A stretch of DNA of 63,959 bases, the filler included, from Folioceros fuciformis (taxonomy: Eukaryota), in NCBI GenBank assembly GCA_049999805.1. It is 13 parts of 13 records of this genome, joined end to end, with 100 filler letters (N's around TTAATTAATTAA, not from the genome) between each part and the next. Parts side by side here need not be neighbours in the genome. Positions count along the whole stretch, not along the records: positions 1 to 13,498 come from JBNGIO010005566.1; positions 13,599 to 19,670 come from JBNGIO010005568.1; positions 19,771 to 22,350 come from JBNGIO010005569.1; 10 more parts are not named here. The stretch is one strand, 5' to 3'. The position numbers and the translations under genes were made by a program. The notes beneath the pieces are model-generated. The model was not told the DNA's origin. It searched no databases and was given only the letters and a program-made list of their open reading frames with translations. This document shows, in pieces, positions 12,186 through 22,450 of this stretch (position 1 is the first letter of the stretch; each line of letters begins with the position of its first letter).

Positions 12186-12534
12186 TCAGGGGACGGCCGG
12201 TGTGAGCTCTTCCAAAACGTCCCAAAACCGCGTTTCCTCTTGCCTTCCTAGCGTCTCCCATTCTTCTTCGCTGGAAACAACCAAATCCTCCTCCCCCTCG
12301 AGGGTGTCAAGGCTGGTCGTGAAGGCAATGTCTCCCTTCCTCGCTTGTGCTGCACTTGGAGCAGCGTCTCTCAGCTGGTTTCTTCGGGCTGCTCTCCGCT
12401 CTCGATTTGATGTGGTCAGCAGTGCCCTTCCTCTACCACGTCCGCCTCTTCCCTCACCAAACATCAGCGGTTTCCTGCACGTAAGCCATGCACACCGAAC
12501 CAAGGACAAAATCCCTCTCCGGCAACGGCACCCA
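12186..12534 (-). mobile_element. gag: Variant tRNA-Asp PBS (12516-12534) and truncated 5' gag region of a second gypsy element
   Basis: Minus strand TGGGTGCCGTTGCCGGAGA next to an LTR end ...CCACA, followed by the Arg-rich/acidic ORF 12186-12509. Confidence 0.6.
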
Positions 12535-12536
12535 AA

Positions 12537-13100
12537 TGTGGTGGAAAGAATCCGGGGACATCCAGGGGCTTCCCTCTAGCGGCCACACCTATCCCGCTGT
12601 CGTGTAGTCTAGCAGGTTTCGTTCCCTCGAAGGAGGGCCTGTCCTAGTTGTGTGTGTGCGACTCTATTCGTACCTTTCTTCTACCACGACCCTCACTAAC
12701 CTGAATACACCTCCTGCTTGCCAAACGCACCTCTGCTGTCGGCGACTCACTCCAGTAGGACACCCACGAGTGTGTGTGCGAAACATGGCACCTCACACCC
12801 CGGCGTCTGGGTCGTCACGATCTCCACCAAGCTACCAGGTACTACAGACGACGCAGCCGGCAGGAGCACACTTGTTGGAACACGAACAAGTGTGCTCAGG
12901 CTTGGTAAGAAACGAAGACCAACCACTTTATCTCTTGAGCCCTATGACTCTTATAGAGTTCCTGGCTACTGTCGGTTGGGGTGGTTGATCGGGTAGGCAG
13001 CCATTGATGGTCCCTCACCTGCTACAGCGCTTAAGCGCATTAAACAGTGTCTTTAAACGCTTAAACCACCCCTCCTACCACGTCTATCCTAACTACCCAA
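12537..13100 (-). mobile_element. Partial 5' LTR of that gypsy element (right boundary approximate)
   Basis: TGTGG at 12537 on the plus strand. Shares GGCCACAC.TATCCC...GGTTTCGTTCCC.CGAAGGAG with family X LTRs. Confidence 0.6.
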
Positions 13101-13164
13101 CTCTATTGGGGATGCTTCGGTGGTTCGAATGGGTAGGTCAGAAGGGCAGTCTTTGCATCCTCTA

Positions 13165-13497
13165 GCCCTCAACCTTAATCAAGTCGAGGTTGACATCACG
13201 TCTCTCCAAATCCGCCGCCGCAGCAAGCACAGCTTCCACTGCAATTTCCGCCAGCATCCGTTTGCACCTACCCACTATCTCGGAAGATAGCGTCGTCATG
13301 TACGTCTAAACGAGAGGCTCAGCATTATCTGCACTGAAGTCAGACTTGGGCGCGCTGTGATTCAAGTGCTCAGTGGCGACCTTAGACGCTATCTCATACC
13401 CCTCAGCGATCCCAATGGGGCGGATGCCCCGATCTAGCAGCTCTTCCGCCTGCTCCAAGAGTGTATCTGCTGCGACTACAACCCCAATTGTGTCGTC
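13165..13497 (-). pseudogene. CCT5: T-complex protein 1 epsilon (CCT5) fragment, intronless, with an in-frame stop
   Basis: Hand translation: [41 protein letters not shown]...[51 protein letters not shown]. This matches plant CCT-epsilon. Not in the ORF track. Confidence 0.88.
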
Positions 13498-13498
13498 A

Positions 13499-13598
13499 NN
13501 NNNNNNNNNNNNNNNNNNNNNNNNNNNNNNNNNNNNNNNNNNTTAATTAATTAANNNNNNNNNNNNNNNNNNNNNNNNNNNNNNNNNNNNNNNNNNNN
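13499..13598. other. Artificial contig spacer N44-TTAATTAATTAA-N44 (first of 12)
   Basis: Identical 100-bp spacers start at 13499, 19671, 22351, 25885, 28118, 33894, 36246, 44227, 48018, 52572, 59843 and 62698. Confidence 0.98.
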
Positions 13599-15724
13599 AC
13601 ATGATTCCTCCACATTTGGGGTGCCCTTCTCCTCCTCCGATCCTGCAGCAGATTCCACTTCCTTCCCCTTCTTCTTGGCACCCCGCTGCCTTCCCCTTCT
13701 CTTCCCCCTGCGAGTACATACCGCCATGGCTGCAGCCTCTCCATAATAACCCTCCTTAGTGCTGTCCAGCCCTTCCAGCCCCTTAAGCACCTTGGCCTCG
13801 GCCTCCTCCCAAACAGCCATGAGGGCATCCTCCACGTGCATGGCCGTTGCAGCCCCTTGAGGTGCTGCTTGCAGCACCCTGTCACCGCTGGCTGAGCAAT
13901 CCTCACACTCTTCCTAGGGTTCTGACAAAGCACGCTGCCCGCCACGTGCCCCTGCTGTTTGCAGTCCTGGCACAACCTATCGTAGTCTCCATTGGCCTGC
14001 CTAGTTGCTGATGGACAGCTGTTGGCATAGTGTCCAAATCCTCGACAATTATAGCATTGGACAACCCCCACTGCTTGACCAGCAACTCTCCCCACCTGGT
14101 TGCTACGACCTCCCGTGCCCATAAGATTTCGAAGAATGGAAGGATGGGCTGTCTTGGAATATTGCTGCCCTTGGGAAAACTCCTGAATTTGGTAGGAGTC
14201 CTCCACCGACCACTCCTCTTCTTCCCCTTCACAAGCCAGCAAATGCACCTTGGCCCCTTGACAATGGGTCTTGGTGTGGCCTTGCTCACCACAAATGGAG
14301 CAAACCAAGTTAGCCCTGCCACTAGTTGCAGCCCTCCTTCTCTCATGTTCCTTGACAGCATGGAGGTGAAACTTCTCAAACTTGCTCATCATGTCCTCCA
14401 TCTTGGACTCTTGCTGCTCCACTTTCTTGGCTGCAGCCTCAGCCTCTTTCTTGACCTGCTCCACCTCCCTCTTGGCACTAGCCACCTCTTGCTTGGCCTT
14501 GGCTAGATCCTTTGCCTTCCTTGCTTCCTTCTTCCTCCTAGCCACCTCTTGCTCCTTCTTCTTCAGTCTTTTCTTGACAGCCTCGTCCTCCGAGGACTCC
14601 TCCTCTAGGCTGTCCCCTGCTGAAGATGAAGAGGTCTCTGCTGCTGATTCTTCTGAAGAATCGCTCTCCTCGGAGGAATCTTCATCTGAGGAAGATGACT
14701 CCTTCTTCTTCTTCCCCTTCCTAGGCCTGTTCTTCTTCTTGTCCTTTTCCCTCACTCTCTCCTTCTCCTTCTTGGATCTCCCTTTGCCCCACGGATGAGA
14801 CTCCTCATAATTGAGGGCTGCCCTTATAGCCCTATCCACATCTTTTTCTGCGAACAATTTCACATGGCCCCCCATCCTTGATCCTAAGCCTCCAGCGAAC
14901 CACCTAATGGCTTGTAAGTCTGAATGAGGTCCACAGCGATCCCGCAGGCTGTGGAACCTCTCCACATAGGCCTGCAAGGTCTCCTTCCTCCTCCTCCTCA
15001 AGGCCTCCAGCTTGGACAACACATAGCCCTCTACGTCTATCCCCCTGAACCGCTCACAAAAGGCCCTCTTCAACACATCAAAAGTTGCTGGAAATGTACC
15101 AACCTTGAGGTACTCTCTCCTGTATCACTTGGCAGGCCCTCCACGCAGTACACCATAGAACAATTGGATGCGCTGTGCATCCGCTGATTCTTGGTTAGCA
15201 AGGGTCAGCTGCTCAAACCTCTCCACAAATTCATCCGGGTCCTCATACCCCTTCTTCTCCTCATACAAGGGGTACAACTGCTTGGTGGACATTGCAACAG
15301 CTGGGGTCGCCATGGTGCCTGCACTCACCACTGCAGTTGCGGATCCAGCAGCTCCAACAACTGGAGTTGGGCTGATGTTGCTGAATTCTTCAGCCCCCGC
15401 ACTCCTAATCACCTGCACCAGTCTAGGATGAAGACCAAGGAGCAGACTTGGATTAGGTTGCCCTGGATTAGGCTGCCCTGGATTAGGCCTTCCCCCAATA
15501 GCTGAAAGTTGAGGGTCTTGTTCCAACGTGATTGATTCCCCCAAGATCTGCTGATTGCTTGCCCCTCTCCTCCTCCTCTCTAGTGTATGCCCTGGCTGTG
15601 CCCTCCTTAGCTCCCTCTCCACTGCTCTTTGCTCACGCTCCAATACTTGCTGCTGCCTCCTTACTTGAGCTTGAGCTCCCCCTTCAAAGCTAGAGTTGAA
15701 ATCTTCAGCTCCTATGCGGGGCAT
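13599..15724 (-). pseudogene. gag: Athila-like gypsy gag with three zinc knuckles
   Basis: EDPDEFVERFE...LRGGPAK*Y (one in-frame stop at 15125, same frame on both sides)...ETLQAYVERF...WFAGGL. Knuckles CSICGEQGHTKTHC, CYNCRGFGHYANSC and CQDCKQQGH. Confidence 0.9.
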
Positions 15725-15799
15725 CCATCAACCCTACACATTCCCTTGTACAGTCCCCTATCTAGGTCAGTCCTCTCCAAACCTTGACAGCAATGTCAC

Positions 15800-15817
15800 T
15801 CCCCGGCAACGGCGCCA
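15800..15817 (-). promoter_or_regulatory. Primer binding site complementary to the tRNA-Asp 3' end
   Basis: Minus strand TGGCGCCGTTGCCGGGGA, 3 nt from the LTR end. This PBS is typical of Athila-type elements. Confidence 0.92.
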
Positions 15818-15820
15818 AAA

Positions 15821-17073
15821 TGTGGAGTGAAACTTGCACCCAAGAACCACCAAGGGGCCACACTTCCCCTTATTATCGTTGCAGTCTTATGATTCGCTTC
15901 CAAGGGAGTGAACTAATGTCAAGGTTACCTACATCTCCCTAATCTCACCCTATCTATCAGCATATACCAAGTGCTACAGCAATAGGTCAGAAGTCTCGGT
16001 CCTGTCTTCGGCTCCTACCACAACACCAACCCCAGCCTCAACAAAATGAGAACTCCAGCATGGTCTTCAGCCTTCATTTCCAGCTCCAAGTATCAATCAC
16101 TTCAGTGCTAAGAGGAGGCTCCAGCCCCAAGTCTGGCCTCCAACTCTCAGCACCTAGTGCTAGCTACCTCCGCAGCTGAACGAGAACCTCAACTTCAGCT
16201 AGCTCCTCACCCCAGCTCCAACACTTCATTCCACCACTTCAGCACTTCACTTGAGCACTTCAGTCCTTCACTTGAGCACTTCAGTCCTTCACTTCAGCAC
16301 TTCACTTCACCCTCCAGCCCCTCACTTCAGCTCAACTCCTCTCTTCAACACTTCCACTTCCAAAATCTGCAACTCAACCCTTCTCTCCTGCAATTTGGAA
16401 CACAACAGCCTTCCCTCTTGCAGCCTTTAAGGCAAAGGCGAGGCCTAGGGCTGGGTAGCCTCCTTGGCTCACGGCCCTGCAACCTCACCTCAGCCAGCAT
16501 GCAAGATGGTCAGCCATTGCGGATCCGGCCACACGAATCTTGGCAGTCTTGGGATCCTCCACGTTCCCCTAGTGGCAAGGGAAATCAAGACCTTGGTTTA
16601 GTCTCAACCAGCTCAGCGCCCTAAGCCAGGAGTTCTGCACCTAAGGTCCAGGGAAATCGCACCGTAGACAGCCCCCTCCTCAACGGCAGGTCTAGCCTCT
16701 TATACTACCTTGGCCCAAACCTCCATCTCTATCTATTAGGGTTAGCCTCAGTCAACCACCCAACAATCTCTCTCTGACCTAAGCCGGCCCTAATTCTGAC
16801 CTAAACCTAACTTTGACCTAACCCTAACTTTGACCCAAACCTAGTTCTGACCTGAAAGGGGTTGTGTCCCATGGACACCACTGGGTGCCCTTACCAAAAT
16901 TGACCAACCTCTCAAGACTACCAAAATGGTCAGTGCCTCTCAACCCTCTCCCTCCTCTCTCAAATCATTCCATCCCTTCTCTCAGATCATTCCAGCAACC
17001 CTTCAAAGACACATCTCACCTCACCATTAATCTAGCTACTAATCTTTCCTAATCTTTTAACTTTTTCACCACA
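15821..17073 (-). mobile_element. Complete 5' LTR (~1.25 kb) of the gypsy element
   Basis: Termini TGTGG...CCACA. Internal CACTTCAG repeats. 16500-16850 is homologous to the reverse complement of ~25150-25450. Confidence 0.8.
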
Positions 17074-19670
17074 GGGTTCACTTAGAGATTCCCAAAAAGA
17101 GAAATCCTACCATTTTCCAAGGACCTATTCAGGATGTGGAGTCCACACTCACCCAGGTCTGACAGTCGACGTTCGGTCACCTCACTTGAACGCCTCACTA
17201 AAGTAGCTTGATCTTCGACAGCGACCCCAAAGTTCTCGTGATCACCCATCATATGGCTGCTGCCAGCCCTCGGGACGCCCTCCACCCAATCCCAGCCTGC
17301 ACCTGTGGCCACGTCAGAGCAATTCTTCTGAGCCATGAGAGAAGGCAACGACGATTCTGCTTGCACCGACACTAAGACCCCCCCAGCTGGCTGGACCACC
17401 ACCTTGACAGCAATCCTCACAGCCAAGACCTCGTCCTCCCAAACCATCTTGATGGGAGATTCTTGCACCACTTCCCCACATCCCCCAACCCTCGGTTTTG
17501 GAGAAGCCTCGTTGGATCATGCCCGCAGAAGCCAATCGTCCAGAGCCCCAGGAGGGGCTTGTTGAAGTCTCCTACTAGGATGGTTTTCCAGACCGCCCAC
17601 ACCTACCTCATGGATGAATCCACCCTCCGTCTGCCCCTGAAGTGCGCTTCCCTCGCCTCCCCTTGCTGGCACGAGGAGGAGCCTAGAGCCCACTGCCGAA
17701 AGGCCAAAGGGACGAACAGCCGGATCCAGTGCCAAGGATCCTTCTAGGGCCAAATAACCCACACAACTCTCTGCACCCATTGACCCCCCTGAATCACTGT
17801 CCTGCACCGCCATTACCCTTGTAGGGTTTTCGACCACCACCGGCGCCTCCTCTCCTTGCACGGTCAGAAAGGCACCGCCAACCTCCAGCCCTTGACAGTG
17901 AACAAGGTCACTGCCTGGCCCTGGATCCTATTGCCAAATCGGTTTGTTTTGGCAATCCTCAACCTCTCCATGGTGTGCCACCGACTCCCCCCAACTCCCT
18001 CCTACTCTCATGCCCAGCGAGCGCACCTACCACCACGCCTTGATCCTCCCATGCAGAAATCTCATGAGAGCCTGACCCAAAAGTTTTCGTCGAGCTCAAA
18101 ACTTCCGGGTTGTGTACTTGTCTCCAGACTCGCTGACCTGCACCCTTACAAGCTGCCAGAACATTCCCACCATCTACAGGCTTACCAGAGGGCACCGACC
18201 ATTCCTCCACTCCCTCAGGACCAGTGTCCAGGGCCACTCCAGAGAAACCCACCGGAGTGGGGATCTTACTACAAGCGGTCAGTAACACCTTTGAGGCGCT
18301 GTGTGGCTTGGTGGCATCAAACACAACCTTCAAGTCTCTCCTGGCCAGTACAATCGCGGGGCATGCAAGTTGAAACCCGCGCAACAACTTGTCTGGACTC
18401 CCAGTTGCAACTTGACTCTCTTTAGGAGGGTCGCAAAAAGTATTTGTTGGTGCTGACCTTGCTTTCCTGGTGCACTCGTCATTGTCAAGATCCACCTCCA
18501 TAGGCACAGCGTCCTCTGCTAACATGTCTTCTTCCCATCTAAGCTCCTAAGTGCCTAGCAGTTTTATTGAGATCAGGGCCGTCAGTAAGCCCAAAAACCC
18601 TAGATGAGCCTTGAAGACCACCCTAGATGCCAGTGGAACCCTGCCTTTGCCAAACTGAGCGTCTTTAATGTAGGCCAGCACCTATGGTTCCCCCATCCAC
18701 TGTGACACATTGTTGTCCCGAATTTTGCACTCCTCACCCAACTCAATCAATGTGATCGCAAACAGGATGGAAGAGGAATCTTCCCATCGGTGGTACACCA
18801 TATTGTGCCTAGCCCCTTGAAGAACCTTTCTCCCGGCTAGTTCGTCTAACCCCAGCCCCACCTGCAGCATGACCCGAGACCTCAGCTTAACGGTATCCCA
18901 AAAAGCGGGAAGCTGATGCCCCGTCGCAGCCCCTATCTAGAGGGAGCGCGTAGGCAAGGCTCTAAAGTCTCCCACCTTCAGCATCCAGTAGTAGAAATCT
19001 TTATCCAACTTCTTCTTCATAAGCACACACACTTTGATGTGCGTGTTGGTTGCATCCACACTACCCGAGATTTTTTTTTCTGGATTCTACTTGCCTACTA
19101 CTGCATTCCGGGGTTGGACCTCCAAGATTTCTTGAGCACACCTTGAAAGCCCGGCAGTGGACCCAGATGGGCCGATTTGTCCCCTCCACTGCCAACTCTA
19201 GCATAGAGAGGGCAAGTTTGCTTAAGGTGGCTTTTCAAGCCACAAACGCCGCACCTGACAGGCAGATCCGGGTAGTCAAAAAGTTGCGTAAAACATCTAG
19301 CTGGGTCCTCCGAATTGCAAACGATGACGCCTTCAGGGAGGTCCAGGAGGCTATCAACCCTCACGCCAAAACACGGGGGCTTGCTACTGTCAAAAAAGTG
19401 CGAATTCACCTTGGGAACCTCCACCACTCGGCCTATAGTCCCCAGGATCTTGCATATCATTGGAATGAGTTGCACGGGAAGAGTAGGAAGCCCCACCCAG
19501 AGAAATTGCCTCTTTGATTTTTTACTGCATAATTGTGTGCCCCGAGGACCAGGCTTCCACCAGCACCAGGATGGAGTCTCGAAAAGGCAGCGTTGTGTTT
19601 AAGATTGCCTGCACTCCCGCTACCTTGTCACACTTGATCTGAAAGGAACCATCGGCCTTCAGGAACACAT
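17074..19670 (-). pseudogene. Plant L1-type LINE ORF1 remnant (DUF4283-like region plus CX2CX4HX4C), degenerate downstream
   Basis: WVGLPTLPVQL...ILGTIGRVVEV...FDYPDLPVRCGVCGLKSHLKQTC at 19098-19500. The remainder is low-complexity decayed ORF1. Confidence 0.7.
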
Positions 19671-21180
19671 NNNNNNNNNNNNNNNNNNNNNNNNNNNNNN
19701 NNNNNNNNNNNNNNTTAATTAATTAANNNNNNNNNNNNNNNNNNNNNNNNNNNNNNNNNNNNNNNNNNNNAAATTTGATTATGTATTCTACTTTATCTTC
19801 TTTTCCTTTTATATCAAAATTTTCACATGTTTTTTCCTCTAAAAACTTGTACTTTAAGCTAATGTTTCAATTATTTAACTATATGCCCAATTTAATGTAA
19901 GACCATAATGAACTAAAAGGAGGAGCAAACCTGGCATGCTCTTTTGAATTGCTGGATGCTTTGCAAACTCTGCTAAGGTTTGAGATGTCTCTACCGCTTG
20001 AATTATGTCAAGGAATGACCTTAAAGCACGATCAGCAAATGAAATTCCTCGAGTTTGCAGTCAAAAACAATTATTAATGCATTTAAAAAAAAGGTATAAA
20101 TAAAATATATGCAAGTCAAAATTTTATAAATTAGATCATAATACACTAATTAAAGTATATGTTTGATTTGGTTTCTATTTAATATATATAGACATATAAT
20201 AATCAAATAGTTTGGTTTGTACACATACCTAAAAAAGTGGACACTTCCCTTTTTTTAACGATAGAAAACTGTACCTGCCTTGGAAAAGAGGAAAACAAAC
20301 TACAAAGGCAAGTAGCCAACAAGGACTAGCCCAAGTGGCCACCTTTTATAAAGCTACCAACAACACCTAATATATCATGATCAAAGAGTTGAAAGAATCA
20401 ATCTACCATTAGAGCTACTAACATTGCCCCCCCTATGCTTGCTGTCATTTTGTAAATCAAGTTTGCAAGTGCTCTTTGAAGAGAAATGGATGCCCATGGT
20501 CAAAAGAGGGCCACAATATAAGAATCTACATCTTGAGGAAGCCCATTTTTCTTAACAACATGGCTCCTAAACCTTGGGAGAAAAGGGGCATTTTCAAATT
20601 GGCTTCAAGCCTCCAACCAAACCCTAAAAAGTGGTATAAGGGAAACCTCTATACTATAATATATGTTTAAGAATTTGTTTTTTTACATAAAATAAATAAA
20701 TTAAAATAATATTTTTCCTCCAAATTTGGACTAAAAGGGTCTATTTTGACACTTCACTCAAGTATAAAGTGTCTTGAGAAATTTTAATAAAAGAAAAGAA
20801 AAAGAATGGCTTTAACCCCTTGGCTTTATGCTACTCCAGCTTGAAGCAGCTGCTGGTAGTGGGATAATCACAAAGCATGTTAGCAATAGTGGAATAATTG
20901 TGCTTTGGAATCACTTCTCTTCAAGTTGAAGATTTGGATTTGTGCAACTAAAGATGCCTTGCTACGTTGCTAGCCACCATAGTTAAGTCTTCACCCTTTG
21001 TATGTTGAGCTTCGCTGCGAGACCTATCAACCACTTGAAGATGTTGCCTTTCCTTGCACATGTTTGAACAAGGCTCGAAACACCTCATGTTGTGTGTGGG
21101 ACTATTCAAAGTTTTGAGTTCTAGATTATCCTTTTATAATTAGTTTTTATGCACCCCACTAAACTAAGCTTGTTAGCAAT

Positions 21181-21367
21181 GAGTGGGAGTGTTAAATATG
21201 TATCTTGTGTGTGGGTTACATTGCTAGCACTTAGGTTAGCAAACATTTATAACCAATATTAGTTTTAGTTCATATAGTACTTGTTTCTTGGTTCTTTTTC
21301 AATGCACATTTTACCTTTGTGATTGATGTATCTAAATCTTTGCTCATGTTGGTCACAAATTTCAACA
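21181..21367 (+). mobile_element. Copia PPT plus short 3' LTR (21190-21367)
   Basis: GAGTGGGAG followed by TGTTAAA...TTTCAACA. The same PPT precedes an LTR after copia RNase H at 48621. Confidence 0.55.
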
Positions 21368-21499
21368 CTTATGTTTTTTATTTCAGCAAACATGAGGTCA
21401 CCTTTAAGTCCAATTCGAAGGAGGAGTCCCAAGGTATTGCTTTTGTCTCATGGAGCAAGGTCCTGATAGAGAGGAATTTCCTCTTTGGCTACGGCTTCC

Positions 21500-22350
21500 T
21501 GTGGAGTCCACATGACGAAGAGATCCCTGGAAAATGGTAGTGTTTATTTTTCTTTTAGGGTTTTGATTGAATTTCGTAGAGAAGTGTTTAGGAGATTAGG
21601 CTAATAAGTCGATAGGGTTTAAGTAGGAAGTGTGGTAGGTAGGTCATGGGTCTAGGTTCCTCTAGTTAGGGTGTCCAGATGTGAGTGGAGTTGCCTGGAG
21701 TGGCCAAGCAGGGCAACGGGGGCTCTGGGGCGGACGCTGTCAACATTATTAGAGCCTAAGCAGGCAGCCGACAAGGCTGATCCTGTAGCGCACTCTTACT
21801 CGCTAGCTGGAATGGATGTGGGTGACAAGGCCAGGGGATGCAAGCGGGACTAGCTTAGCTGGCAGGCTGATTTGCTCGCTATCAGAGGTGGCTATGGCTG
21901 GGATTCGTCCCTGACACCCTATCTTGTCCGCTTGTATTGTGGGCACGGGGGGCTGGAGGATGCGTAGGCTGTGCTGCAGCCAAGCACCAAGCCGGCATCT
22001 TCATCTGGGGCAGGGAGATTTGGAGATCCATCATGGCAGATCTACTACGACCGGGGCTTAAGGATGCAGAGCAAGGATTGCTGGATTCGTCTAAGGGCTT
22101 CATGTGGGATCAACAACTGCGGGCATCCAAGCGGTTGTGCAGCCAAGCGTTGTACTGCAGATGGCTAGATCCATGCGGTTGTGCAGACGATGGTGGATCC
22201 AAGCAGGTAGTGTGGACTGGATCCAGGTGGGTGGCATGTTGGCCAAGGTGGATCTGAGCCAGGCCGGAGCCAGGAGCGGGCCGAGGGCCAGCTAGCTGGC
22301 TGGCTGACTGTTGAGGAGCCTAGCCAATAGCCCAGCTCGACCCAGCAGCA
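21500..22350 (+). mobile_element. 5' end of a GC-rich gypsy LTR inserted in AT-rich DNA
   Basis: Starts TGTGGAGTCCACA. Homologous to the LTR start at 9666. Confidence 0.7.
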
Positions 22351-22450
22351 NNNNNNNNNNNNNNNNNNNNNNNNNNNNNNNNNNNNNNNNNNNNTTAATT
22401 AATTAANNNNNNNNNNNNNNNNNNNNNNNNNNNNNNNNNNNNNNNNNNNN

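Noticed and set aside
13499-13598. Recurrent TTAATTAATTAA palindrome between N runs
   Set aside because: Artificial six-frame-stop contig spacer. ORFs ending in X...N are truncations, and no gene order can be inferred across spacers.
15800-15817. tRNA gene
   Set aside because: Only the 18-nt 3' end including CCA is present, next to an LTR, so it is a PBS.
22351-22450. Apparent continuity of one GC-rich LTR from 21500 to 25884
   Set aside because: It is split by a spacer, so the two contigs may come from different copies.
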